Source: Utricularia gibba (Eukaryota; Plantae; Magnoliophyta). Taken from it: a stretch of 64,000 nucleotides of DNA. Of the stretch, positions 1 through 13,165 are shown one piece after another. The stretch lies in the NCBI GenBank assembly GCA_002189035.1, contig NEEC01000012.1, positions 1,426,001 to 1,490,000 of the forward strand. The letters are read 5' to 3'. Each line of letters starts with the position of its first letter. Within the stretch, counting starts at the first letter, position 1. The notes beneath the pieces were generated by a model, which saw only the letters and a list, made by a program, of their open reading frames with translations, had not been told where the DNA came from and did no database searches. The translations under genes and the position numbers were made by a program.

Positions 1-1523
1 TGCCACCATCTCCCACGACATTGCCAATTGCAATGCTCTTATCCTGATGAATATTGGGATTTGAACTCTGTGGCTGATGGCTGGAAATAGGTTGCTGCTG
101 ATGGTGTATCTGATGTGATTGGTTTTTGCTTTGTTGTTGAAGCTGTTGTTGGTGCTGCATAGAACACATTAAAACCATCTTAGTAAACAAGAGGTAAACT
201 GTACGCATACCATGCTGAGTACACAACATGGTACCTGCATAAACATAACTGGATCACGGTATAACATATTGGTACCACCTTGCATAGGTGATCCCATAAT
301 GGGAACTGCTTCACCAACAGAATTTAACATTCCATCCCTTACCATTGACAAATCAGGGCCACTTAGAAGCATTCGTAGCCTTCTGCTCTCTACATCGCCG
401 GAAGAAGTTGAATTTGAACTCTGCTGTGCAAGAAAAAGTAGATGTCGCTGTTGTGGTGTTAGCATCTGCAATTGAGGAAATGGCTGAGGACCCGGCATAA
501 ATGGTTTCAACTGCTGGAGAAGAGAGTAGAGAAGCGTTGAGGAGGACCAGCTGAAGTATACTTGAGAATTTTGACTTTTCTATGTACAAAAACTTACAGA
601 TAGCTCGAGCAGTCTGCTAGAAAAAGAGAATCACCATATACTCACCGTTGGTGGAGGCTTTAACGCCCTTTCATAAAGTTCAGTGTTGAAAGCATTTACA
701 TTGCCGGGATCTTGTCTCATTAGAGAAACATTTCCAGAAATCGTATCAGCAGAGCCATTAATAAGGTGGCCAGCCTCACGCTGTTCCTGCTGCTGTTGAT
801 GCCCCTGTCGCATCAAAATCTGTTGGTATGCGTTTTGCTGTTCTCCAGCCTTCAACTTCTGAGTCTGTTTTTGTTACAGATCAATTAGCATCTGATTCCC
901 CATTTCATATAATTTGTCATAGGATTATGAGCAACCTCAACATAAGATGCAGCAGCCTCTGAGCGCTTCTCGTCATTTCTGGCGATATAAATATCCCAAA
1001 ATACAGACCACCATTCGAAAAGGAAACTGCCAGGCGCATCAATAACTGAAAAATGCGCAACCGCACACCATGTTTTTATGCAAACATGAAATGTAATAAC
1101 TGTATCTGCCAGGGCAAGGTATGCTCACCAACAGGATCAGACAAAACATTAGCCTCAGACTGGAAAGCTTCAGCAGAGGCCTTGAAGTTTCTCTTGACGA
1201 GATAGTCATGAACATACACATCAAACCTAAAAGCAGAGTTCGCATTCAGTATCGAAAATCACCGTCGCAAAAGTGGGCAATGGTAAAACAATCAAAATAT
1301 TATAGAATTCACACACACCGCCTTCATTAAAACATAGAAATACGCGGCGCATAATTTCTCCCTGAAATTTGGCTACAACACCGACTCAAACCAGCAAGAA
1401 GGATCATCAATGGAAGCCGCGAAGAAACTGAAATCCATACTAAGGTACCAGAACAAGAACCAACGAACCAACCGTAATACATAAAACTTACATCTTGTCC
1501 GCTTCCCAATTCTTCAGAGACAT
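1..1523 (-). CDS. LUG: LEUNIG/LEUNIG_HOMOLOG-like Groucho/Tup1 transcriptional corepressor, 5' part (runs off the left end of the window)
   Basis: Manual splicing (ATG at 1523, exon 1 1523-1492) gives [35 protein letters not shown]...[21 protein letters not shown], the LisH/LUFS N-terminus. Q-rich exons and [11 protein letters not shown] follow. All traced introns are GT-AG. Confidence 0.9.
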
Positions 1524-2485
1524 GCTTTACCGTCTAGTATCAGAAAACAACCGAATTCCAAACCTTCCCTTCTTCCTTTTTCTTATCTGTATTCCACCAT
1601 AAAAACAATCCCAAATCAACAAATAAAAAAAACACGCTAAAAAGCACCGAAAGCATGATCCAGAGTACAAAATAAAGAAACGTTACATCCCGCGTAGAAC
1701 AGGAGTGACTCTTCCACTCCTGAACACAGACGACTGAAGAGGAATCGCTTGAAATACACGGGACGGAAAAACAAAAGGGAGGCCTTCCACCTCGGCTTCC
1801 GACGTCCGTTTTTATGTTCAATGGAATGGAAGTCGTCGCAATCGCAAATATCCGTCAGTTCCTTTCCCGGAAAATAAGAGGAGAGAGGAGAGAAGTAAAA
1901 TTAGGGTCCGTTTTCGATAAGCTCTCCCTCCAAAGGCCACCGAAGCAACGTCATTTGAAATTCAGAGACCGCCTACGCATTTGAGCAGATTTTAACATGC
2001 ACTAAACAATCCAATCATGTATTAAGATTAAACCCATGGGGAACTTATGTAAAAATTATTCATAATAAAACTAAGTCATTTCTTCTCACATCACACGTAG
2101 TTATTTTAAACGTGTGATTTCTCATTTATAAAAATAAATCATTTCTATTGCCACCAAAGGTGCCTTGACAGCATTGGATAGTATCTCCATGCTTTTTAAA
2201 ATATCTGTTTCCTATTTCACCCTATAATTATTCAAAATTATATTTTATCATATTTTGATGACACACTAGTAATATTATTATATTTTTTCTTCCTTTCTAA
2301 AAAATATTGTAATTATAATAATGAAATGGAGGTCATGTGTATCTAGTAGTCAGTTTGATAATAAGATATTAATATATTTAAATATAATATAATTATATAT
2401 ATATATATATATTTATTTAATTGTAAAGTATATAACAAATTATGTATTTAATATATCATAATATGAGTCTAACATTTAACAGTCA

Positions 2486-2622
2486 AGAGTGTTTGATACG
2501 TAAAAATAGAGATATATACATTGCAATTTTTGAAAAATTATAATTAAAAAAATATTACCTATTATAATTATACAACCCTACATATATATATATATACATA
2601 TATATTAACTAATCAAACAGCT
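2486..2622. mobile_element. Possible small Tourist-like MITE remnant
   Basis: Imperfect inverted ends (agagtgtttgat / atcaaacagct) around an AT-rich core; no clear target-site duplication (TSD). Confidence 0.25.
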
Positions 2623-2958
2623 TTTTATGTGTAAATTTGAATATAAATCTTTTATATTATACTATAAAACACTCAATAGATATATTCGAGAGAGTGACTT
2701 TATATCGAACAATAAGCTTATGTACCCTGATCATATTGTTAAATGTTATAAACTAAATATTGAACCACAACTTTTTATTTCCAAAAATTTAAAGAAATAG
2801 TCTAGAAATTACGCTATTGTCCTCCGAGACCTTTTCTTTTCGTCACAATTCCGTGAAGGGTATGCTCCGTAATCCGCCATGGATGAGCATTGCCGGGATG
2901 GAAATAGAAACCAGAAAGCAAGCGGCAACTCCGAAGATGGACGGCTGGGAATTCGGTT

Positions 2959-5900
2959 CTAGGGATTTCGAGGGTCGCGATTCTTACCGACGAAGCTACG
3001 GATCATTAGAGATGCGCAAATCCAGAGGGAGTCGCACCGGACATGAAGGAACAATGCGGAGAGTGTGTCGAATACGAACCTCTGGAACTCGGGCTTGAGG
3101 GCAAGGCGCAGAGCCATGGGCGCCCATATCTCTGGAGCGAGCATTATCGCCACCCTGAATGAACCTAACCCACTTGCCACTCTCGAGATCCTTGCCGCCG
3201 CCTGCAAACAGTATCAAGCTAAGTATAACACCAACATGATGCATGCATGCGAAGTTGCAGTGGCTTCGCTTCATAGCTCTCTTAAGGGGAGCAAGTTGTA
3301 TGATCAGGAATACCTCTGAAGCAGATTCGAAACTAGTTTCTGAACGGCAACTGGAAAAGGCATCCACTGCTTGTAGTATGTCTCTTATTAGGAAGACACG
3401 CACCCTGCTGCCTTTGTTGGAAAAAATGAATGTGAAGAGGTCCTCGCAGGCAGATACAACAGCGCGCATATTGAATGCCCTCCACCCTAACTTGCTTCTT
3501 CTGGATGAGGCGTCCGTGTCACCCTCAGAGGCTTCTTCAGTTATGGCAGCGATCTGTAGGACAGCACAGTGTGTTAGTGCAGGCCTTTTATCTATGCAAT
3601 GGAACATGGGGAGGCAAATGACCCACCAGCTTTTCAAGCCGATTCCACCGTATTGAACCATCATTTCGGATCAAAAGTTGCCCCAAGATTTTCCTCATAT
3701 CAGGACTGGGGTCTGCTAACAACCTACCTATGACAAAGGGATAAGCACTCTCCACCACTTTAAAATCAGGATCCAAAGCTTTTGCAGTTCCTTCCAGTGA
3801 ACCAAGTGCCCGTATCACCAGAGCATAATCCGGAGGAAGAGAGAAATCAAACTCGTACATGACATCATACAATTGATTCATTATCCCCTGAAATGAGAAA
3901 AAAATGTATACGTATTTGAAAGAAAATTGGATTCCTTGATGATGCCGGATGATTACATTCAAGATATGGAACCTGAAAATCTTGGGTTAGCCTTGTTCCG
4001 TCACCAAAGGATGCCTGTAGGGCTTCTGCAACAGACTGCACATCTACTCCGTCAGGTAAGAACCCAAGGGATAGGAAGTCATTTGCCAATCCAAATGAGT
4101 CACGATTGACGAAGTGCACCAGCTAAAAGAGCAAATCCAATATGAGTTTGTTTTGTTTTTATAAAATAGAGGTTACCAAGGAGAAAACTGCTGAATTTAT
4201 TTTCACCACTCTAATGAGGCCGACACGATAGTGGCGTGGTATATCACCCATCATCCCAAAGTCAAAATAAGCAAGTGACCCATCTTTTGTTGCCACAAGG
4301 TTTCCAGGATGAGGATCAGCATGGAAAAATCCCACCTCCAGTAGTTGCCTCAGGGAGCAATAAAGACCCTAATAATCACAAGAAAGGTTGCAGCAAGAAA
4401 CAAAAAATAATATTGACTTGAAAGGTTATTTTTTTAAGGGATAAATGTCCTTAGCCCTTCCTATTACCTCATCAATTAGTTGTTTCCGGTCTAACCCAGC
4501 ATCACTCAGTCGATGATCATCTGTGAGCTTAATTCCATCAATCCATTCCATGGTGAGCACGGCATTTCGGGTCAGATTCCAGTATATTTTTGGAACCTTA
4601 ATTCCAATGTCCTGACCTACGACAGCACTTGGGTTTCCTTTCTCGTTTACTACAACAAGGAAAAAATGTAATCAATCAATACTATCATTTCCATTTGATA
4701 GATCATACAGCAAAAGGTGCAACAAAGCTGATGTTACCCGAAAATAGAACAAGAAGTAATGAAACCATTAGTTTGTGAGAGTCTTACCGGGAAGGGAACC
4801 ATAGAGGGCAGCAAAACGCTCAGCATTATGACCTTCAAGGATATAATCAATTTCGTCAAACATGTGCCTCACCTGTCCACCGCCAGCAGCATAAGAAACT
4901 CATCAGGTGTCAATCAATCTGATTCCAAAACTCCACCCAGCTTAAACATAAACCAAAGAAATCCACCAAAGTCAATGGTTGAAGAACTACTACATTCAAC
5001 AGCTACTGAGAATGATTATAATAAATGATACCGGATAGAGAGTTTAGGATTGATTATCATTTGGATTGGCTAGAGGTTTCAAGATTTTGACTCAGCGATC
5101 AGCCAGAGGGTTATTTTTTGAAAAGCAGAAGCAGAACAATTCAATGCCAGCCAGAAGGAGCTTGCCTTCTGAATGATGCATATTGCATCAACATTGTTTC
5201 TTAAAATGCAAGCAAGTGGATGCTGAAGGGGTTGTCTGATGAAAAGTCAGGAAACTCACCATCTCATTTACAGCCACAAGCAGATCCTTACGAGCTTTGG
5301 AAAATCTTTTTAACTGACCTCCGATCATTTGGAATAACAAGGCATCAACGGTCAAGGAATGGCTCATTCCGGGCCTCTGTACTTTGACAGCTACACACTC
5401 TCCAGTGGACAGATGGGCTGCAAAACTTGAAACATTAAACACAAATTCAGTTAATATTGCAACATTATCCATTTCTTGGATTCTTCCTTTGCAACTCCCT
5501 TAATCAAAGAAGACAGAGAGCAGAAAGGAAAAACAAATCTGAGTCCTCCTACCTCTGTATACTTGCCCAAGAGATGCAGCAGCTATAGGCTTTTCACTGA
5601 TGTCGGCAAATATCTCTGATATTGGCATCCCCAACTGGGACTCAATAGATTTAATTGCAGCATGAGTTGGAAATGGAGGTATTTGGTCCTAGCAAATAAA
5701 GCATGAAAAAATAACACATTTTAATTATTGAGGAAGGAAAGAGAAATAAACCCTGATTCACCAACAAGATTGAGTCAAAAAGTGCATACCTGAAGCTTGG
5801 AAAGCTCTTGGCAGTACACAGAAGGCAATACATCTGGTCTTGTGCTTAAAGCCTGTCCAAGCTATGAACGGATAACAGAAAAGAAGAAGTAGGTCATTTC

Positions 5901-7296
5901 CAATGGGTCTAAGTGATAAAAAAAAAATCATAAGGAAAAAAATGAGTTCGGGCTTGACAAGAGAAGATTTAAGGTATGGACTGTTACTGAGAACAATTTC
6001 CAACCAAAATTGATGCGATGATTCTTGTACCCAGCTAAAACAAGAAAAAATGAGAAATTAATGCAAGTAAGCAAAGAATGACCCACCTTGACATAGAAAG
6101 GGCCCAGGCTAATAAGAGTTTTGCGAAACTGCAAACCGTAGAAAATGAAAATCAATAAAACAAACTATACTGGAGAAGACATAGTCAAATCCTGGTCAGA
6201 AATAGGTATTGGATTTGAATCTCTTTCGTTCTTTCATGCACATGAACTATAAATTCCAAGAAAACGGTGCAACTAACCTTTACTGCACGTTTGTTCATAT
6301 CTCTTTCAAAGATTTGCCACATGCTTAACATCAGCACATGAAATGAAATGATAGCAGCTCTATATAAAGCCAAAAATGGGCCAAAATGGTAAAGTGTTGA
6401 AACCCTTTTTGAACCAACCGCATGTCCAAATTGACTTTCAAGTGATTCCTTCCTCAACCTGGCATACTCAGCAGACGGCCGTTCACCATGCACACTCGAA
6501 TAACCAGTGGAGAAGCTGCGTCCAAAGCAGCAGGATGTGATACTAATTAGAGAACCAAAAAGACCAATTTATACAATCAAGTAATACAAGACGTTAATGA
6601 CTGGCCACCACACTTTTGCTTAACATTTAACACCACAGAATTTAAACTGCTTATCCTGTGAGGCATACCTGAACGGTAGCTGACTTATTTAAACTGTAAT
6701 GAGCAGAGGACAATGATTCTAGGTGTACTTTATGTGCAGTGAAAGTGGTAAATGTGTATTCTGCAATTGCATCGTTTCACTTTATTTTCGAAAGGGAGAT
6801 TGCTACAGAAAAAAACTCCAGAAAATAACAAGCTATGCAGCTAAATGTGAAGATTTGCTGGAAAGCAGCCCCAAGGAAAGCAGAGCTGCACTCGTCTTAG
6901 TTCGAAAAACATCATCTCAAGGAAATGCCACAGATACAAATTCATAATTATGCGCGGCCTTACAGTTTTTTCCGTAGAAAGAGCGACACATTAAGAAAGT
7001 CATCATCGTGCCTTCGGCCAGATAAATATTCGGACCGTGGAAAAACAATTAACTCCCACCCAGCATCAGAGAGACCCCCTTCTCGCGTAACTGTCAAACG
7101 AGAATGAGAAGCTCGTAACCACAAAAGCACACACAAAAAAAAACCCACATCACAATTTGAATTTCTCCTGCGAATACCAAATTGCAACAATCCCAAGAGA
7201 ATATCTCAATCAAAGCATCGTCACAGTGAGGAAATTACTAGAGTAGTGAAAAGAAAGCCGGCGACGTTTCAGGCAAGCCACCAAAACGCCTCTCAT
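2959..7296 (-). CDS. ABC1K4: ABC1/UbiB atypical protein kinase, ABC1K4 (At2g39190-like), multi-exon; start codon position tentative
   Basis: Exons encode [90 protein letters not shown] and [19 protein letters not shown]. Stop at 2959-2961; candidate ATG ([13 protein letters not shown]) at 7296. Confidence 0.9.
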
Positions 7297-7648
7297 GGAG
7301 AATCAAGGTGAAGACAAGAATCCGTGCCCGCATGAAACACCAAAGAAATTGTCGTAGGAGCGGCGACACAGCTCCCGTTGCCACGCATTCTGCACTTTCT
7401 GCACCTTAAAATGCGTTTCTTGGGCAGGTGTAACTTGCAAGCCTGCAAGGTGTACGCCGAAATGCCCAATCGACAGATTTTATTCTATTCCATCTTCCGT
7501 TTCTCTATTTACCTATTCGTCATCGTATTATAGAATAAACTTCAATATGACCCTCCTAAATGTAGAATTCTACAATTCGCTCCACAATTTTCGAGTTCCT
7601 TCAACTTGCCGTATTCAACACATAGCAAACGGCGGTAGAGCAATAGCA

Positions 7649-7888
7649 ATGGCGAATCCGCATCAAGTTCCGACTCGGCCATGGTTTCTGGATTTCATTC
7701 CCCTCGTGATCATCATTCTCGTTCTCGTCCATTTGTTTGCATTGGTTTGGATCCTTGTTTGTCGATGAAACCTTTCGTTTCGAAAATATCTGCTTAATCT
7801 TCGAGGTTTTCCTTGGTTTTTTTTCTAGGTTTACTGGATTTACAGGTTAGCGACTGAGAAACAGCAATCGAGAAGAAAAGCTCACTAA
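7649..7888 (+). CDS. 51-aa single-pass membrane microprotein, 2 exons (7649-7744, 7829-7888), uncharacterised plant family
   Basis: Spliced product MANPHQVPTRPWFLDFIPLVIIILVLVHLFALVYWIYRLATEKQQSRRKAH*. Clean phase-0 GT-AG intron of 84 bp; hydrophobic helix followed by a basic tail. It resembles a small conserved plant protein recalled as ...AHVLALVYWIYRLAT... Confidence 0.85.
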
Positions 7889-8958
7889 CAGAGTTGCCAC
7901 AGATCACTTTATTTACGGAACTCTCGTGGGCGGTGAGTAACAACTTTCAGTATCTTTGGTCTTTTGGGATTTATTTTGCATAGATTCTCGTCTACTTTTT
8001 TTGGATTGAAAATGGAAAGATAGCCAGCCCAGGTGCTGAGCTGAGGGTACTGATTGAAGATTGCTATGACTTTTAAGCAGAGAGCCTGATGAATGATCAT
8101 ATCTTTTGAAGCAGGCTTTCAAGATCTTATGCTCCAACATTAACTCTTCCTTTTTTTCAATGCCATGGCCTTAGAAATCCAACGCTCTTCACCTTGTTTC
8201 AGGAGATGTACTATTGAGGCTTAATATGCTATGACTCCCATACAACCGGGATGTACTCTGTCTATGTAAATGCTTATGTAGACTAACATCTGTTCGGTTT
8301 GTTCTTTCGAATCATGTGAGTTTCCTAATGGAGTATAATACTCGTGATATGCTTCGAATTCTTGATATTTTTACTGTTGGTATTTTGAGTATTAGCATAC
8401 ATTGATGTTTCAAGAAAGTGTTTTGTACACTTTACAAAAGGTTTCATCTTGAAAGAAGGGCTTGTTGGGCTTGTTGTTTACAGTAAGCTGCGTACAAACA
8501 CACCCTGTTCGTCTTTTGAACTGGCCACAGACACTCACAGGGGCACGCATCCCAGTTGTATGGCATCGTTAGCTAAGACATACTACACTATTGCACAGCA
8601 TACTGTTGCTGCTTCTGACATCTAATATTATGTCAGTGGTACAAGTGGAATCCGCAACCTTCAAACCCTCAGTGCTCAATGCATTTTTCAGCTTTTCTTC
8701 TGGTTTCCTTTCGTCCTCCTCCCCCTTGATACACTTACCACTAAGCCATTTGTTAGACTGCATCTCATTTTCTTTAATGAACATGGCTTATTTCGCAAAG
8801 CGTATGTTGCAAAAGTAAAAATGGTGGCATATAATAGAACCAAATAGCTAGTACATTATGTTATGTTTTCATTCTGTTTGACCTAGCGGGGGGAACCATG
8901 GCAAAAAAGTGGCAGTTGGAGCATAGCAGCCTAAAATGAGTATCAATTTATAATGCAC

Positions 8959-11030
8959 TCAGAACTTGAGCCATTTCTTCTCCTTGTCTTTTCTAGCAAC
9001 TGCACTTGACGTGGATGCGCGAGCCTCCTCTGCATCCACAAGAGCTTTTCGGGTTTCTTCAAGCTTCCTGGTAGCAGCCTCATACACCACCTTTTCTTTC
9101 CTGTTTCTCTTCACCATTTCTTCTAGTCTTTCAACTTGCAGTTTCAAGTTGTTTATCTCATCATCATGAGCAAGTAAAGCTCTCCTTGTTTCCCCATTTA
9201 CTTTATTCTCCTGCTTCTTCTTGGCATAACCTGCTCGTTGTCCATGCATCGCAAGCTGCGTGTTGATAAGTGAGAACACATCCTTGGATTCTTCATCCTC
9301 TTCGGCAGCCTTGAGTGCTGCAGCCAACTTCTTATCCTGTAGTCTTTTACCGCCCCGAGTGCGTTTTTTTAGTCGAGTTTCTTCCTTGTGTTCTTGGTTC
9401 TCAATGTTCTTCACTGCATCATCAAGAGATTGCTTCGGTGGAAGAACTCTCACAGGTATGGGGTTAAGCATCCCCTGTCCTGATGCACCAAGACCCATTC
9501 CTTCACGGTAGCCCATGTTTGCCATCATCTTTGAAGCAATGCCTCGGGTATGATTCTCCCACTTTGCAAAAATTGCAGTTTCCTTCTGAACTCCCCCTTG
9601 TGATTGTGCACTTTTCAAGAATCCTAATCCTTGAGGGACGTCATCCAGATCGGAGCTGGCATCAGATTGCTCCGAACTCATGTCATCGGATTCTTCCTCG
9701 CTCATCTCAGCATACTCAGACAGGGCAATAGCTTCACTTCCCAGATTTTCTGAGCTTCCATCATCACGGAAAACTACCTTCCCGATTTTGAGCGCATCAT
9801 CCCATGAATTTAACTCCGCCTCTCTCCAGATGCCTGAACCTTTATCTGAAACGGCCCAGATTCTGGAACCCACCAAAGATTGCTCCCATGCTGTAGGAAT
9901 ATGCTTCTTTAGGGAAGATATCCGAATGTCAATGCCTGAAACAGGTCAAGGACATATCCATGTTTCAGTATGTTTTGCTGTCAAAGAACCCTCTTGGGCA
10001 CAGTAATAGAATTCATGTTGCACGAAAGTAACAACGTCACATGAATGGATCAATTCCTCAGCCAAACGGCACTGAGAATGTGTAATATGTACTACTTATC
10101 CTATCCCTGCTATTTATCAGTATAATTTCAGGTTCTACAGAATCATCTTTCGGGTCATTTCCCCAACCCCTTCACAATTCGTGACATACCATGAGATAAG
10201 CGGCAACTACTACCAAATCGACATCGTTGCTGCAGAAAGAACTTGCACATCTGCACTTAGGGTGGTCTAGGATTAGTGAAAACACAGGCTAAAACTCGTT
10301 CACTCAGGTGTAACACACATATGCAGCAAAGAATGCCACCTAAAGAATCAAATAAACTGTTAATATTCAACTCACCATCATGCTCTCGGATGTTGGGGTA
10401 AGGAAGGAGACCTTGGCAGATTCAGAACCTTCCAATTCAACAACTATTCCGTTGTACCATCTTCCATCTGTGTGACGGAACCGGCATTTTGAGCCAAGTG
10501 AGTAGCTACCATCTACCAATGATTCCGGTTCAACATCCCTTGGCTCTACAGGCTGTGAATCCAAGTTGTTCAAACTCGGTGAAACATTCAACACTGCATC
10601 AGCCTCTCTCAGCAATCTCGCCTTTTTTAGATGAAACAGGCCCTCCTCCGCATCTTTGATGGCTTGAACTAGTTCAACATGAACCTATGTGGCATATAGT
10701 ACTTAACAAACAATCACCGGAATCTACAATGTTCTTGAAGGACAAATACCAAGAATTACCCATTGCAAACGAAATAAATCTTCGATCGAAATTAGCTATC
10801 ACACAATTCATACGGAAATCATAGATAATCTACTGCAAACCCTAGAAGTATCGAATCCAGGAGAACAAAGCGGTAGAGATAAAATCGACGGATCCTACCG
10901 AAAGAAGCTCGGGGTTTGAGGGGTCGGCGGAGAGCGCATCGGAGACGACGGTAAGAGAATCCTTCTGCTCCTTGATCTGGAACTGGAGCTGCTCTTCCAA
11001 AGCCCTCTCTTCTGCTTCGTCATCCGCCAT
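8959..11030 (-). CDS. ZGPAT: CCCH zinc-finger / Tudor-like / G-patch protein (ZGPAT-like)
   Basis: N-terminus [15 protein letters not shown]; Tudor-like [15 protein letters not shown]; CCCH finger [19 protein letters not shown]; G-patch [27 protein letters not shown]; C-terminus KEKKWLKF*. Confidence 0.9.
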
Positions 11031-11449
11031 TACAATCAATTGCTGGCAGCGCTCGGAGTACCAAACGACGTTACCCCTCCCTGCAGCTGCAACACCTTCC
11101 TACGATTTCCACAACGTTTCTTGGTAAATGGGCCAACCAAACTGAGCCCATCACGATCCGTGTAATGTAATTATGGATAATTTTGTGGCGTAAATATAAA
11201 TATCAACCCCTTTGTGGTTTGAATTAAAATTTGCGAAACTACAAATCGGTAGCTTGGTGTGGAGTCCACGCGCCGCCGCTCTCAGACGCCGAAAATCAAA
11301 GAAAAAGGTTCCACATTAACGGCGTCTTTCATTGGACCAATAATTATTATTATTAAAACGCATTTCGATCTCATTTTATTAATTACTTATTATTTATGCA
11401 CTGCAGGTTTTCAGTTCGCGTGCCATGTTGCATTAATTTCTGCGCTCCG

Positions 11450-11497
11450 ATGTATCTAGTGAACGATTTCATCCACATACATCCAAAAAGCATATCC
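11450..11497 (+). promoter_or_regulatory. Candidate EIL/SLIM1-type site (ATGTATCT, 11450-11457) and P1BS (GCATATCC, 11490-11497) upstream of GGCT2
   Basis: Exact matches to the AYGWAYCT and GNATATNC consensus sequences. Function is unproven, and 8-mers occur by chance. Confidence 0.35.
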
Positions 11498-11735
11498 ATG
11501 AAATGTGAACCACGCTGCCCACCACGTAAAATTCCCCGTCCTCCACTTGGATTTCACCTATAAAGCCTCCCAATTTGTATCACCATTGACCATCACCACG
11601 GATTTAGCCTCTCCCAACCCACATTTCGGAATCTGTGAGTATTCTTGTTGTTGTTTCTTTCGTTGGCCGTTGGGATTTTGTGAAAGCATCCTCCTTACGT
11701 TTTGGGGATTTTTGTTTTGTTGGCAGGAGGAGGGG

Positions 11736-13165
11736 ATGGTGTTCTGGATTTTTGGGTACGGTTCATTGATATGGAAGCCAGGTTTTGAGTATGATGAGAA
11801 GGCTGTGGGGTTTATTAAGAATTACAAGCGTGTATTTGATCTGGGTATGCGCTTCTTTATCTCTATTCTGTCTCTGGGTGCTGGAATTGTGAGCTTGAAC
11901 GTTTTTCTTTTATTTGTTCGTAAATGGTTCTCGCTGTTGTTAATGATCTTCTGGCATTGCATTCAGCTTGCATTGACCATATGGGTACCCCTGAAAATCC
12001 AGCCAGAACTTTGACATTGGAGCAGGAGGAAGGAGCTATCTGTGTGAGTCTTGTATACTGTTTTAAGTCTCATTAATCCCTAAATCTGTTTTTGAAACCC
12101 ATTCATCTCCATTACGCGTCTCTTAGCTTCACAGCTCTACGAAATATTGGAAAAGTAAAGTCATTTTATCCTGTGTATAGAAGAGTTCAATAACTTTTTT
12201 ATGTGTTATTGGCTAGCTGGAATATGGTGGGGAAGTTAGTCACTTGTCCCACATCAGGGCACTTGAGTCTTTAAACTCTTTCCAATAAAGGAAAGGCTTC
12301 CTTGTTATGGAAAGATGCGTTCTTTGGTCTAAATATCAAGAATCTTGCTCGTGTAGCAATCTTCAATTTCTTACTGGTGCTGAAATCTGTTAAAGATTTA
12401 TGATTTCTTATGCCCTTTTGTTCCCAGTGGGGAGTTGCCTATCGTGTAAGTGGAGATGCAGAGAAAGAAGAAGCCATAATGGCGGTATACGCACATTATG
12501 ATCAATGCTGTGTATTAGTTTTCATCTCTGCCAATTTCCTGAACTTCATGACGTTTTTCTCCAGTATCTGGAGCGCAGGGAGTGCGAGTACGACCAAAAA
12601 ACAGCAGCAGACTTCTATAAAGTGAGTTTTTTTTTTTTTTACCTGCATAAATCTTCCGGCATCTTCATCCCTTAATTGCTCTGTTTGGTTTTTTTTTCAG
12701 GAAGGAGATGAAACGGAGGAGCCATGGCTTAGCGGAGTCTTAGTGTTAGTACTCTTGATGTTTTGGTCTACTTTAAGCCGGTTAGCATAACCCCTGTTCT
12801 CTCACAATACCCATATTCAGATTCACCTCCACTCCAGACAAGGAAGTGTGCAAATACTACTTGGGCCCGGCTCCAATGAAGGATATGGCTCACCAAATTG
12901 CAGTGTCATCGGGTCCTTGTGGGAAGAACAAGAACTATCTGTTTCTGCTGGAGAAGGCATTGCGTGAAATAGGTAGGGTGCTCCGTTTGGAATTGATGCT
13001 ACAGTTGAGTGTTTTGGCGCTGAATGTGTGTTCACAGGGCATGATGATGCATATGTGATCGAGCTCGCGAAGCAAGTGCGGAAAATTGTTGATAGGCCAA
13101 TGGAGGAAACCAAGATGACTGCTCCGGCGAGCTTGCCGGTTCTCAAGATCCGCGGCGTCGCCTGA
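11736..13165 (+). CDS. GGCT2: Gamma-glutamylcyclotransferase 2 (ChaC-like glutathione-degrading enzyme), multi-exon, with a 5'UTR intron
   Basis: [37 protein letters not shown], catalytic [22 protein letters not shown] and YVIELA splice in frame to TGA at 13163-13165. Confidence 0.93.

Noticed and set aside
2817-3656. Plus-strand ORFs overlapping the 3' end of ABC1K4 (2817-3098, 3065-3319, 3243-3656)
   Set aside because: They are antisense to ABC1K4 exons and introns, with no recognisable motifs.
7909-8818. Short ORFs between the microprotein and the ZGPAT-like gene
   Set aside because: 60-75 aa, no motifs, no supported splice structure; the region is probably the two convergent 3'UTRs.
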